DNA of 55,070 nucleotides from Parcubacteria group bacterium GW2011_GWC1_45_14. GTDB taxonomy: Bacteria; Patescibacteriota; Minisyncoccia; Moranbacterales; GWC2-37-73. A program made the position numbers and the translations under genes. Location of the stretch: NCBI GenBank assembly GCA_001001345.1, contig LCKI01000001.1, forward strand, positions 66,339 through 121,408, written 5' to 3'. Below, piece by piece: positions 18,108 to 28,341 of this stretch. Each line of letters begins with the position of its first letter. The first letter of the stretch is position 1. Below the pieces are notes generated by a model that saw only the letters and a program-made list of their open reading frames with translations, had not been told where the DNA came from and did not search any database.

Positions 18108-19121
18108 ATGAGCACTATAGTCTTGGCATTGATGACCGTCATATTTCCCCTGAACTCCTTTTTGGTTTTTCCGGGAAATTGGGCTTTGGGAAAAGAGAAG
18201 GAGGTTGAAGTCGCTCCAATCGAACAAGTCAAAGGTGTCGAGACGGAAAAGCAAGAAAGGATTTCTTTGGAAAATGTCCTTCCTGTCGCCCAATATCAAC
18301 CGGTCAGAAAGGAAGATGCGGGGGATCTTGTTCTTCCGGAGGCGCACGCTTCGCTTATTCTTGACGCTGAAAGCGGCACGATCCTTCATTATGATAACGG
18401 CAAGCAGAGGAGGCAGATCGCTTCGCTCACCAAAATGATGACCGCGGTGATGGTCATGGAGAAGGTGGAGGATTTGGATGAGGAGGCAACCATCGATGCT
18501 GATACTATCAGAACTATTGGCACGGTCGTTGGATGCCCGAACACCGGAATTTGTATCAGTCAGCGACTGGTGGCTGGGGAAAAGATAACCGTAAGGAGTC
18601 TCCTTAAGGCTATGCTTATGAACAGCGCTAACGATTCAGCCAGGGCCTTAGCTAAGCATGTGGGAGGCACTGAAAAGGAATTCGTGTCCATGATGAACCG
18701 CAAAGCCAAGGAAATGGGTCTTAAGGACACTAATTTTTGCACAGCTTCCGGTCTTGAGCCTGACGGAAGGGAACATGAGTGTTACTCCACGGCCTATGAC
18801 ATAGCGAGGATAGCGGCGTACGCGTTGAAATTCCCGGAAATCTGGGAGACTTTCAAGCTGCCGGGAAACCTGGAGGTCAGCTCCGCCGACGGTAAATATG
18901 TTCACACGATCCTGAATACCAACCGCCTCATCGGGGAGATGCCCGGAATCTTGGGAGGAAAAACAGGATTCACTCCTTTGGCTGGACACTCATTGCTGAT
19001 GGCCGTTCAGGATGAAACGAAAAAACACACAATCATCTCTGTTCTTTTGGATGATCCATATAGGTGGGAGGATATAAAAATGATGGCAAGTTGGGCCTTC
19101 AGTTCGCACGCCTGGAAATAA
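18108..19121 (+). CDS. D-alanyl-D-alanine carboxypeptidase (peptidase S11)
   Basis: ASLTK (SxxK), SAND (SxN), GKTGFT (KTG). Confidence 0.92.
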   Translation: MSTIVLALMTVIFPLNSFLVFPGNWALGKEKEVEVAPIEQVKGVETEKQERISLENVLPVAQYQPVRKEDAGDLVLPEAHASLILDAESGTILHYDNGKQRRQIASLTKMMTAVMVMEKVEDLDEEATIDADTIRTIGTVVGCPNTGICISQRLVAGEKITVRSLLKAMLMNSANDSARALAKHVGGTEKEFVSMMNRKAKEMGLKDTNFCTASGLEPDGREHECYSTAYDIARIAAYALKFPEIWETFKLPGNLEVSSADGKYVHTILNTNRLIGEMPGILGGKTGFTPLAGHSLLMAVQDETKKHTIISVLLDDPYRWEDIKMMASWAFSSHAWK

Positions 19122-19126
19122 GAATT

Positions 19127-19230
19127 CATTAAAACAAAAGAGCATTAAAACATAAAAACAAAAAATTTCCGCTCTTGTTCGTGGGAAGTCGCCCATTGTT
19201 TTCATGTTTCGATGCTTTCGTGTTATTTTG
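19127..19230. repeat. Intergenic palindrome of short tandem repeats
   Basis: agcattaaaacataaaaaca arm versus tgttttcatgtttcgatgct arm. Confidence 0.65.
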
Positions 19231-19235
19231 CCTTT

Positions 19236-20345
19236 ATGTCATTCGCTCAAATACAAACCGTTCCGGAAATCATAAATCTGATCAAGGTTCTCTCTACTGG
19301 GGTGCTGGCTTTTGCATTAGCCTTCGCGCTTACTCCGCTTTGGACCCATGTGCTCTATAAATATAAAATCGGCATCAAAATAAAAAAGACCGATGTCACG
19401 GGAAAAGAGCTTACTTATGTCAGCAAGCTCCATGCCGGCAAATCCGGAACCCCGACAATGGGAGGGCTAATCGTCTGGGCTTCGGTGCTGCTTTTGGTCG
19501 TCGCCTCGCACTATCTTTTCCCCCTTTTGGCGAATCTTTTCGATATTTCCTTTTTGGCCAGATTGGATTTTTTCAGCCGTCCGCAGGTGTGGCTTCCGCT
19601 TTTCGCCTTGGTCACCGCCGGAGTCCTCGGACTTTTCGATGATTTTATGAGCGTCAAAGGCTGGGGATCGAACAAGGGCGGGGGGATGCGCTTCGCCAAA
19701 CGGCTTTGGTGGCTCCTTATTATCGCGGGAGTGGGCGCTTGGTGGTTTTATGACAAACTCGGGTGGGACAGGATTCATATCCCAGCCTTGGGAGATTATT
19801 CGATCGGGCTTTGGTATATCCCGCTTTTCATTTTCGTGATAGTTTCGGCCGCGGTGTCATCGAACGAGACCGACGGACTGGATGGCCTCAATGCAGGAGT
19901 TTTGACGATGGCCTTTTCTTCTTTCGCCTTGATAGCTTTTTTTCAAAACAAGATTGATCTGGCGGCATTTTGCGCCGCCCTCTCGGGAGCGCTTTTGGCT
20001 TTCCTTTGGTTTAATATTTATCCGGCTAGGTTTTTCATGGGAGACACGGGGGCTATGAGTCTGGGAACTACATTGGGCGTGGTGGCGCTTTTGACCAACT
20101 CCGTGGCCATTCTTTATATAATCGTTTTTGTTTATGTTTTGGAGTCAGGAAGCGTGGTGATCCAGCTAATCTCCAAGAAATTTTTCGGCAAAAAAGTTTT
20201 TCTGGCTGCTCCGCTCCATCATCATTTCGAAGCCAAAGGCTGGCCGGAGCCCAAGGTTGTGATGCGCGCGTGGGTCTTTACTGCGGTGACTGCGGCGATG
20301 GGGGTCATTATCGGTGTATTGGGAATGGGGAAGATAAAGTTTTAA
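19236..20345 (+). CDS. mraY: Phospho-N-acetylmuramoyl-pentapeptide transferase
   Basis: KSGTPTMGG, GLFDD, NETDGLDGL, FMGDTG, APLHHHFE; start placed after the palindrome. Confidence 0.95.
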   Translation: MSFAQIQTVPEIINLIKVLSTGVLAFALAFALTPLWTHVLYKYKIGIKIKKTDVTGKELTYVSKLHAGKSGTPTMGGLIVWASVLLLVVASHYLFPLLANLFDISFLARLDFFSRPQVWLPLFALVTAGVLGLFDDFMSVKGWGSNKGGGMRFAKRLWWLLIIAGVGAWWFYDKLGWDRIHIPALGDYSIGLWYIPLFIFVIVSAAVSSNETDGLDGLNAGVLTMAFSSFALIAFFQNKIDLAAFCAALSGALLAFLWFNIYPARFFMGDTGAMSLGTTLGVVALLTNSVAILYIIVFVYVLESGSVVIQLISKKFFGKKVFLAAPLHHHFEAKGWPEPKVVMRAWVFTAVTAAMGVIIGVLGMGKIKF

Positions 20346-20382
20346 AGCACCCGTAGATTTAATAAAGCTTAAAAATAAAAGC

Positions 20383-21417
20383 ATGAAAAAAATACAAGAT
20401 GAGAATTTGGAAAACAAGAGAGTTTTGGTCAGAGCTGACTTCAATGTGGGAATCGTTGACGGAGCGGTCCAGGAAAAATTCAAACTCAAGGCCTGCAAGG
20501 AAACAGTAGATTATGTTCTTTCCCAGGAAGGAACCAGAGTCGCCATTTGTTCGCACTTGGGAAGGCCGGAAGGAGAAAGGAATGATAGCTTCTCTCTTTC
20601 GCAGCTCAGTGGGGATTTGGAAAGTATCCTGGAGCGAAAAGTGGTATTCGCTTTCGATTGCATAGGCGAGGACGTCGCAACGGCTTTGGAGAATTTGGGA
20701 GAAGGGGAAGTTTTGCTCTTGGAGAACGTCAGGTTTCATGAGGGGGAGGAAAAAAATGACGAGGATTTTTCGGAAAAACTCGCCGCTAATTTTGATATGT
20801 TCGTGAACGAGGCTTTCAGTGTATGCCATCGCGACCAGTCTTCGGTCACCGGCGTGACGAAGTTCTTGCCGAGCTTCGCCGGTTTTTGGCTCCAGAAGGA
20901 AATAGAAAATCTTAATAAGATTTTGGAAAATCCGAAACGTCCGGCGACCGCGATAATCGGAGGAGCTAAGATTGAAACCAAGTTGCCTCTCATCAAGAAA
21001 TTTGAAGAGGTTTACGATCATATTTTGGTCGGAGGAAAGATTGCAAATGAAGCGTTGGATCAGAAATTGGAGTTTTCAAACAAAGTCATTCTTCCTTGGG
21101 ATTTCGAGGGAGACAGGTTGGATATCGGGGAGGAAACGGCGAAAAAATTCAAAGAAATAGTCCTTGCGTCCGGTACTGTCGTTTGGAACGGTCCCCTGGG
21201 CAAATTCGAGGAGGCTCCATACGATCGCTCTACCAGAGAGATTTTAGGAGTTGTGGCCGAGAGCGGAGCATATAGCCTTATCGGTGGTGGGGAATCCGTC
21301 CAGGTTCTCGAGGAGAACGGCTTGATGGATAAGATTTCTTTCGTTTCCACTGGAGGCGGGGCGATGCTGGAATATCTCAGTGGCAATAAAATGCCAGGTA
21401 TAGAATCTTTAAGTTAA
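20383..21417 (+). CDS. pgk: Phosphoglycerate kinase (compact)
   Basis: RVLVRADFNV, SHLGRP, LLENVRF, GGAK, VVWNGPLG, STGGGA. Confidence 0.93.
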   Translation: MKKIQDENLENKRVLVRADFNVGIVDGAVQEKFKLKACKETVDYVLSQEGTRVAICSHLGRPEGERNDSFSLSQLSGDLESILERKVVFAFDCIGEDVATALENLGEGEVLLLENVRFHEGEEKNDEDFSEKLAANFDMFVNEAFSVCHRDQSSVTGVTKFLPSFAGFWLQKEIENLNKILENPKRPATAIIGGAKIETKLPLIKKFEEVYDHILVGGKIANEALDQKLEFSNKVILPWDFEGDRLDIGEETAKKFKEIVLASGTVVWNGPLGKFEEAPYDRSTREILGVVAESGAYSLIGGGESVQVLEENGLMDKISFVSTGGGAMLEYLSGNKMPGIESLS

Positions 21418-21446
21418 GGAGATTAAAAATTTATAATAAAAAATCC

Positions 21447-22040
21447 ATGTTTTCCAATGAAAATAAGCAGGGCTTCAAGGTTTTGAACGGTAAAGACAGG
21501 CTTTTTGATCAGCGAGGATTCGATTTGAAAAGTAGGTTATTTCTGTTTTTTTCCATTTTCCTGATGCTCTCAGCCTTTATTGTTATATTCTTGGATAATG
21601 TCGGATTTTTTATTTATGCGAGCCAGATAGGCGGAGAAAAACTGATTTCTTGGTTCCTTTTTGCGATCGGGGGAATCATTAATTTTTTCTGCGTCCCAAT
21701 TCTGTATTGGTCAAGTTTTCATAAATTCAAGAAAGGGGATGAATTTTGGGATAGTGAGTCCTTCTGGATCTTGCCACTTTTTTTCTTCGGTTGTTTTTTT
21801 CAGTACTTAAGCAATCTCCCGTATATCATGGTCATACTTCCGTCTTCGCTCATTTTGATTTTCTCCGTGCATATTTGGGTCATGTCCCTTTCAAGGGAGC
21901 TCATAGTCATGGATGAGCAATTTGAAAACAGCGCGGAGTATTTCAGGAGCTTCACCTATCTTACCGCATATTATCTCGTGCTGGCCGTCGTTATCGTGTT
22001 TTTCGATCTTTTTGATAAATTTGAAAATTGGATCGGGTAA
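21447..22040 (+). CDS. Hypothetical integral membrane protein
   Basis: 197 aa with about 5 hydrophobic segments; lies between pgk and eno. Confidence 0.75.
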   Translation: MFSNENKQGFKVLNGKDRLFDQRGFDLKSRLFLFFSIFLMLSAFIVIFLDNVGFFIYASQIGGEKLISWFLFAIGGIINFFCVPILYWSSFHKFKKGDEFWDSESFWILPLFFFGCFFQYLSNLPYIMVILPSSLILIFSVHIWVMSLSRELIVMDEQFENSAEYFRSFTYLTAYYLVLAVVIVFFDLFDKFENWIG

Positions 22041-22140
22041 CGCATTGCCATATAAAACGGGCAAATTTCTTATCGGGTCTTTTTTGTGGTAAAATTAAAC
22101 CATGAAAACGTTGAAATATAAAAATATAAAATAAATCCGC

Positions 22141-23386
22141 ATGTCTAAGATAAAAAATCGAATTGGAGAGCGGAGCCATCGGTACGGCGGGAGTCCCTTC
22201 GGGAGCGTCGACTGGAAAATTCGAGGCATTGGAACTTCGTGACGGCGATGAAAAAAGATATGGAGGACTGGGAGTGCTTAAAGCCGTGGCCAATGTGGAT
22301 GGTCCGATCAGATCAGCTTTGATCGGCAAGGATGCGAAAAAGCAAACGGAAATAGACGAATTGATGTTGGAGCTGGACGGTACGGAAAATAAATCCAAAT
22401 TGGGAGCTAATGCTATCTTGGGAGTTTCTTTAGCTGTCTGCAAAGCGGCAGCGGCGCATGAAAAAAAACCGCTCTACGAATATATTTCAGAGATTTCAGG
22501 CCTTGGAGGGAAAAAATTGAAGACGCCGATCCCCATGTTCAATGTGCTCAATGGCGGACAGCATGCGGATTCTGGCCTTAGCGTGCAGGAATTCAAAATT
22601 GTTCCGGACGGTATTAAAAAGTTTTCGGAGCAGCTTAGGGCGGGAAGCGAAGTTTTCCATAAGTTGAAAAAGATTTTGGCGGCTGGGGGATACAGCACGA
22701 GCGTCGGAGACGAAGGTGGATTCTCGCCGAAATTGGAAAGCAACACCAAAGCTCTTGAGTTTATCAACAGGGCCATTTCGGAAAGCGGCTATGCGCTGGG
22801 AAACGAAGTTAATCTCGGTCTGGACGTGGCGGCCAATTCCTTTTTTGAGGAAAATGAAAATCATTATGTTTTGAAGCCGGAAGGCGTGACATTGGAAAGG
22901 GACAGGTTGATAAATCTCTATAAGGAATGGATTGAGAAATATTACATCATTTCCGTGGAGGATGGTTTGCATGAGGAGGATTGGGATGGTTGGGCTCAGA
23001 TGCAGGAGAAAATAGCCAAGAAGTCTTTCTTAAACGGACTCATTGGATCCGGAACTAAAGAAACTATGCTGATCGGCGACGACCTTCTGGTTACGAATGT
23101 CAAAAGACTTCAGAAGGCTATCGAGCATAAATCTTGTAACAGCGTGCTTATCAAGGTCAATCAGATCGGCAGCCTTTCGGAGACCTTCGACTGCATCAGG
23201 TTGGCAAAGAAAAACAAGATGCGAACGGTCATCTCCCACCGAAGTGGGGAAACGACGGATGAGTTCATTTCGGATTTGGCCGTCGGAACAGGTGCTGATT
23301 ACATGAAATCAGGGTCTCTTTCCAGGGGGGAAAGAATCTGTAAATACAACCGCTTGGCAAAAATAGAGCAGGAACTTAACAAATAA
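22141..23386 (+). pseudogene. eno: Enolase with N-terminal deletion and frameshift (pseudogene or assembly error)
   Basis: ATG 22141 gives MSKIK, out of frame with IELESGAIGTAGVPSGASTG; the conserved REILDSRGNPTVE segment is absent; the rest is intact (VGDEGGF, SHRSGET, KYNRL). Confidence 0.8.
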
Positions 23387-23402
23387 AAACTCAATAGTAA
23401 AA

Positions 23403-24467
23403 ATGTTTAGGGATCTTTTTTCAAAATCAAAACGTAAGTCCAGGAAAAAAGGAGGAACAAGCGGGCAGGTTATCTGCATCGGTTCTTCTTCGAAGGATGT
23501 GTTTTTTCCTACGGATAAAGGTTTGGTTTTTGAAACTCCGGAGGATGTCACCGCGCAGAAAAAAATAGCTTTTGAATTGGGGGCTAAGTACCAGGTGGAC
23601 GAACGTTTTGAAACGGTCGGAGGATGCGCCGCGAATGTCGCTTGCGGATTGTCGCGCCTCGGAATCAATGCCCATTGTTGCACGAAGATCGGAGACGACT
23701 CCATCGGGGAATGGATCCGGGAGGAGTTGGAAAAAAAAGGAGTGGGATTGGAATCCTTGCAGAAGGAAAAAAATTGCAAGAGCGACCTCTCCTTTATCCT
23801 GGTTGATGCCAAAACCGGAGAGCGCACAGTTTTTTCCGATCGCAGTGCCAATGATAAATTGGAAATAATTCCAAAAAAGCTCCGCAAGGCGGATTGGCTT
23901 TTCATAAGCTCTCTTAACGGGGCATGGCAGGAAAATCTGAATAAAATATTGTCCTTTTCGGAGAGCAAGAAAAAACGAGTCGCTTTCAACCCTGGACAAA
24001 AAAACATCGCGACTGATCCGGAAGCGGTCATTGGGGCGATTTCCCGCTCGGAACTTTTGATGCTGAACAAGGATGAAGCATTGGAAATCGTAACGCATGT
24101 CTCATTGGGTGCAAACAGGAAACAGCTGAACGATGAGGCATTCCTTTTGAATTCTTTGAAAAACTTGGGACCGCGCATTATTTTGATAACCGACGGCATA
24201 CGCGGAGCATGGGCTTTGAATGACAACGGCATTTTGCACGCTGCGGCTATGGTGGTCGAGGCTGTCGATACCACCGGCTCAGGGGACGCGTTCACTAGCG
24301 GATTTTTCGCAGGAGTCTTGAAGGGAAAGAATCTGCGCGAAGCCTTAGGTTGGGGAATAATGAACAGCAGCAGCTCGGTGAAGGAATATGGGGGGCAGAA
24401 GGGCTTGTTGGTGGAGCGGGAAGTTGCCAATCTCGCGAAAAAAGTAAAAATCGAAACGATAAATTGA
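23403..24467 (+). CDS. PfkB-family carbohydrate kinase
   Basis: GGCAANVACGLSRLG, VAFNPG, VDTTGSGDAFTSGF. Confidence 0.92.
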   Translation: MFRDLFSKSKRKSRKKGGTSGQVICIGSSSKDVFFPTDKGLVFETPEDVTAQKKIAFELGAKYQVDERFETVGGCAANVACGLSRLGINAHCCTKIGDDSIGEWIREELEKKGVGLESLQKEKNCKSDLSFILVDAKTGERTVFSDRSANDKLEIIPKKLRKADWLFISSLNGAWQENLNKILSFSESKKKRVAFNPGQKNIATDPEAVIGAISRSELLMLNKDEALEIVTHVSLGANRKQLNDEAFLLNSLKNLGPRIILITDGIRGAWALNDNGILHAAAMVVEAVDTTGSGDAFTSGFFAGVLKGKNLREALGWGIMNSSSSVKEYGGQKGLLVEREVANLAKKVKIETIN

Positions 24468-24473
24468 TATCTT

Positions 24474-25739
24474 ATGTCTTTTTTTTCCAAGATTTCCCTG
24501 GGAGGGAAATCTGAAAACTTAATAGCGCTGGACATCGGGACCGAATTCGCAAAGGCCCTTGTTTTTCGGACCCATATCGAAGGAGAAAATGTCATCGGTG
24601 AGGTTTTGGGAGTCGGAAAGGAAAGGCAAAGGCACGGGAACATGCAAAGTGGCGCGGTTTCGGATATTTCCGGAGTGATAGAGACTTGCAGGAGGGCTAT
24701 TTCTGAAGCGCAAGAAAAAGCGGGTATTAAAAAAATCAAAAAGACTATTATCGGGATAGCTGGGGAACTGGTGAAGGGAACGACGACGACGGTCCATTAT
24801 GAAAGGGCGAGGTCTGAGAGCAGGATAGATCTGTCGGAACTGAAAAACATCATCCAGCGCGTGCAATTTAAAGCTTTCGAAAGAATCAAGCAGCAGATAG
24901 CCTGGGACACGGGACAGGATGACATTGACATTAAGCTTATCAATGCGGCGATAGTCGATGTACGTATCGACGGGTACCAGGTGAAAAACCCGATCGGCTT
25001 TCAAGGCAAAGACGTCTCTATCAGCATCTTCAATGCATATGCCCCGATGATCCATCTTGGAGCGGTGCATTCTATCGCTGACGAACTCGGACTGGAGCTT
25101 CTTTCAATAGCAGCAGAGCCATATGCGGTCGCCAGAAGCGTCGATTATGACGACGTCTTGGATTTCAACGCGATTTTCATCGATATCGGCGGAGGAACAA
25201 GCGACATCGCTGTTGTCAGGAACGGCGGATTGGAAGGAACCAAGATGTTCGCTTTCGGAGGAAGAGCTTTTACGAAAAAATTGGCCCAGGAGCTAGGCGT
25301 TCCTTTTGAAGAGGCGGAGAATCTTAAGATAAGCTATGCTGAAGGCAAGTTGGGCGCGGATGTTACGGAAAAAATAGACAAGATTCTGGCTAATGATTGC
25401 CAAGTTTGGCTCGGAGGGGTCGAATTGTCCCTGGCTGAATTCGCGGAATCCGACGTTCTTCCCTCGAAGATATTGCTCTGCGGAGGAGGTTCTGCATTGC
25501 CTGGAATTAAAAAAGCGCTTTCTTCGCAGGAGTGGGTGAAAAGTCTTCCTTTCGCCAAAGCCCCTTCGGTAAGTTTTCTCCAACCCAAGGATGTGGCTAG
25601 GATCATCGATAGGACGGAGGAGTTGAAAAACCCCCAGGATGTGACCCCGATGGGATTGGCCAATTTGGCGTTGGATATCGCCGGTGAGGAAAAGGTGATA
25701 GCTGGGATTTTGCGAAGGATAGTGCAAAACATCGATTAA
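24474..25739 (+). CDS. FtsA-like actin-fold ATPase
   Basis: ALDIGTE, AEPYA, IDIGGGTSD, AENLKI, LCGGGSALPG; C-terminal amphipathic-looking helix; no adjacent ftsZ. Confidence 0.8.
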   Translation: MSFFSKISLGGKSENLIALDIGTEFAKALVFRTHIEGENVIGEVLGVGKERQRHGNMQSGAVSDISGVIETCRRAISEAQEKAGIKKIKKTIIGIAGELVKGTTTTVHYERARSESRIDLSELKNIIQRVQFKAFERIKQQIAWDTGQDDIDIKLINAAIVDVRIDGYQVKNPIGFQGKDVSISIFNAYAPMIHLGAVHSIADELGLELLSIAAEPYAVARSVDYDDVLDFNAIFIDIGGGTSDIAVVRNGGLEGTKMFAFGGRAFTKKLAQELGVPFEEAENLKISYAEGKLGADVTEKIDKILANDCQVWLGGVELSLAEFAESDVLPSKILLCGGGSALPGIKKALSSQEWVKSLPFAKAPSVSFLQPKDVARIIDRTEELKNPQDVTPMGLANLALDIAGEEKVIAGILRRIVQNID

Positions 25740-25788
25740 CGGCTTTTCAAAAAATTTCAATACCATTCAATTTTTAAAAGACAAGACT

Positions 25789-27690
25789 ATGCACCAGACT
25801 TTTTATATCGATGTCGACGAGGAAATATCTTCGGTTATCGACAAGTTGCGTAAATCGCTGGCCGTCGAGAATTATTTCGTCGTCACCAAGCGCGCCTTGG
25901 TCGTGCAGAGCATTGTCAATTTAAAGCTTCTCAAAAGGGAGGCTGAGAAGATCAAGAAGGGCATAGTGATAGTGACCGCCGACGAGCAGACTATGAAGAT
26001 GGCCGAAAGGGCTGGAATAAAGGCACAGGCATCGATGGAGGGTCTGGATTTTGTCGAGGATGAAAGCACTGAAAGCGATGTGGTAGAGATTCCGGTAGAG
26101 CCAGATTTCGCTAAACAGAAAAAGAAAAGATTGGTCGGAGTGGGTTCGTCGGATTATTATGGCGGATCGGCTGGGCAGGTTATTGTCGTAAATGAAGAGC
26201 AGGAAGAAGAGGAATTGGCCGAATCGTCGGACAGCTCAATCGCTGAACCTGAAACTCCAAGAAAGCCGGTTAGAAGGATGGATGATTTCAAGAAAAATAC
26301 GGACTCCCTGGAGCGTTCTTCTTCTGACGGAATCAGGAAGCCGCAAGTAAAAGTTCCTCCACGTGCAGTAAAAAGGACGGAAGGTATAAACTACGATCTC
26401 AAAGAATCTTTCGAGGCATTCCTTGATCCGGAAAAAGAAAAAAAGTTTGATAGGATATTCCACAATCAACCGCAAAAAATAGTTCCTCAGGAAAAAAGAA
26501 TGGAGCCAGCGAACGAAGGCGGCGGCGGAAAAAATTTCATATTCGCTTTCGTTTTGATGGCCCTGCTTTTCTTCGCAGGCGCGGCTGCTTACCTTTTTGT
26601 TCCGAGTGCGGACGTGGTCGTGTATCTGGACACTGAAAACAAGAATGTCAGTTCAAGTATAACTGCTGACGCAGGCCAACAGGCGGTGGATGTTGAAAAC
26701 TTGAAGATTCCGGCGCGTCTTATCGAAAAAGAGAGCGAGATAACACTGTCCAGTGAGGCGACCGGGGTCAGTGAGTCGGCAGGGCAAAAGGCCAAGGGAA
26801 CGTTGGTTGTCTATAATGAATATAGCGCCTCACCTCAGCCGCTCATTGCTACGACCAGGTTCGAAACCGAAGACGGCAAGATTTTCCGCTTAGTCAGGGA
26901 TATTTCCGTTCCCGGCATGAGTAATGTCGGAGGCAAAACAAGTCCTGGGGCCATCGAAGTCGAAGTTGTTGCTGATATGTCCGGAGAATCATACAATATC
27001 GAACCCTCATCATTTACGGTTCCGGGTCTCAAAGGAACGGATAAATACAATAAGGTCTACGCTAAATCTTCCAAAGCCATGGCCGGGGGAGGCGTCCTTG
27101 GGGACGCCGCTAAAATCGTGAGCCAATCCGATATGGATGAAGCCAAGAGGAAAACGGAAGAGTCTATTAAGGAAAAAATTGGAGAACTGATAAAAGGAGA
27201 GCTCGGGGAGGGCGAAGTGATCGTTTCCCAGGCATCGAAAATTGATATTACGGATTCCATTCCCTATGCCCAGGTCGGGGATTTGAAAAGCTCCTTTGAT
27301 TATCAAGTAAGAGCCAAACTGACAGCATTTGTCGTCCAAGAAAAAGATATAAAGGAGATTTCGTCGAAGTCTTATCGTGAGAGCAGTAAGAAGCCGTACG
27401 AATATGCGATTGATAATGTGTCCTTTGAGTTTGAAAGCGCCGAGTCAGATTTCGAAAACAAGAAAGTCTTGCTGAAGGTGGGTTCCCAGGTTTCGGCAAG
27501 GCCAGTTTTTGATAGTGAAGGATTCAAAAAGAAGCTTGCGGCGAAAGATGAAAACCAAATCAGGGAGGTCATGAAAGGCTTTCCTCAGATAAAGAATCTG
27601 GAAATCAGCGTTAGGCCGGATTTCCTCTCAACCACGCCAAGATTTGACAGTAGGATAAGCCTGGAAGTCAAGGATTTTCAGGGGAGGTGA
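25789..27690 (+). CDS. Bitopic membrane protein with baseplate-J-like extracytoplasmic domain
   Basis: N-terminal YIDVDEEISSVIDKL domain, charged linker, one TM, then KAKGTLVVYN..TRFET..VVADMSGESYNI..MAGG pattern. Confidence 0.65.
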   Translation: MHQTFYIDVDEEISSVIDKLRKSLAVENYFVVTKRALVVQSIVNLKLLKREAEKIKKGIVIVTADEQTMKMAERAGIKAQASMEGLDFVEDESTESDVVEIPVEPDFAKQKKKRLVGVGSSDYYGGSAGQVIVVNEEQEEEELAESSDSSIAEPETPRKPVRRMDDFKKNTDSLERSSSDGIRKPQVKVPPRAVKRTEGINYDLKESFEAFLDPEKEKKFDRIFHNQPQKIVPQEKRMEPANEGGGGKNFIFAFVLMALLFFAGAAAYLFVPSADVVVYLDTENKNVSSSITADAGQQAVDVENLKIPARLIEKESEITLSSEATGVSESAGQKAKGTLVVYNEYSASPQPLIATTRFETEDGKIFRLVRDISVPGMSNVGGKTSPGAIEVEVVADMSGESYNIEPSSFTVPGLKGTDKYNKVYAKSSKAMAGGGVLGDAAKIVSQSDMDEAKRKTEESIKEKIGELIKGELGEGEVIVSQASKIDITDSIPYAQVGDLKSSFDYQVRAKLTAFVVQEKDIKEISSKSYRESSKKPYEYAIDNVSFEFESAESDFENKKVLLKVGSQVSARPVFDSEGFKKKLAAKDENQIREVMKGFPQIKNLEISVRPDFLSTTPRFDSRISLEVKDFQGR

Positions 27691-27706
27691 TTCGGAGAAA
27701 CGGGGT

Positions 27707-27735
27707 GTTGACAGAAAAAACAATACCTGTTAACA
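27707..27735 (+). promoter_or_regulatory. sigma70 promoter of the infA-rpsI operon
   Basis: TTGACA-17 bp-TAACAT with TG extension. Confidence 0.65.
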
Positions 27736-27868
27736 TATGTTTACGCTATCTGAAAACTTAATATGAGGTCCAGAACTAGAGGAAAATAACTTCAACCAAG
27801 GCACGAATAAGGAAAGTTTTTCTGGAAATAATAAACCTCTGTTTTTATGTTGTCGTTTAAAAGAAATT

Positions 27869-28084
27869 ATGGCAGATAAAGAGCTGATAAAATTAGAAGG
27901 AGTTATCATTGAGACGTTGCCTAGCACCACCTTTAAGGTGAAACTGGATAACGGTCATGAAGTGCTTGCTCATATATCCGGAAGGATGCGGGTGAATTAT
28001 ATCCGCCTTTTACCCGGAGACAGAGTCATCCTTGAAATGAGTCCTTATGATCTCACGAAAGGCAGGATAACCAAAAGAATGTAA
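27869..28084 (+). CDS. infA: Translation initiation factor IF-1
   Basis: [31 protein letters not shown]. Confidence 0.97.
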   Translation: MADKELIKLEGVIIETLPSTTFKVKLDNGHEVLAHISGRMRVNYIRLLPGDRVILEMSPYDLTKGRITKRM

Positions 28085-28170
28085 AAACAACTAACTACTA
28101 ACCACAAACTACTAACGACAAACAATTATCCGGGATCGGTGTAGTAAGATGTAAGTCGTAAGTTGTCAGA
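28085..28170. repeat. Intergenic palindrome of 7-mer tandem repeats
   Basis: actactaaccacaaactactaacgaca arm versus gtagtaagatgtaagtcgtaagttgt arm. Confidence 0.65.
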
Positions 28171-28177
28171 TAAAAAC

Positions 28178-28291
28178 ATGAAAGTCAGAGCATCAGTAAA
28201 AAAAATATGTGCCAAATGCAAGGTTGTTAAGCGTAGAGGAAAAGTCTATGTGATTTGTTCTACTCCGAAACATAAGCAAAGGCAGGGCTAA
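28178..28291 (+). CDS. rpmJ: 50S ribosomal protein L36 (Zn-binding type)
   Basis: Manually translated [37 protein letters not shown]; below the ORF-track cutoff. Confidence 0.97.
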   Translation: MKVRASVKKICAKCKVVKRRGKVYVICSTPKHKQRQG

Positions 28292-28341
28292 GACGGTTTT
28301 AAATTTTAAATTTGAATTTTAAATTTCAAGGTAATATATAT

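Noticed and set aside
23309-24739. 476-aa minus-strand ORF and other long antisense ORFs (e.g. 14342-15247, 30675-31538)
   Set aside because: Antisense shadows of well-supported plus-strand genes, with no recognisable motifs
25789-27690. Prophage or contractile injection system
   Set aside because: No sheath, tube, capsid, terminase or integrase genes; the context is housekeeping
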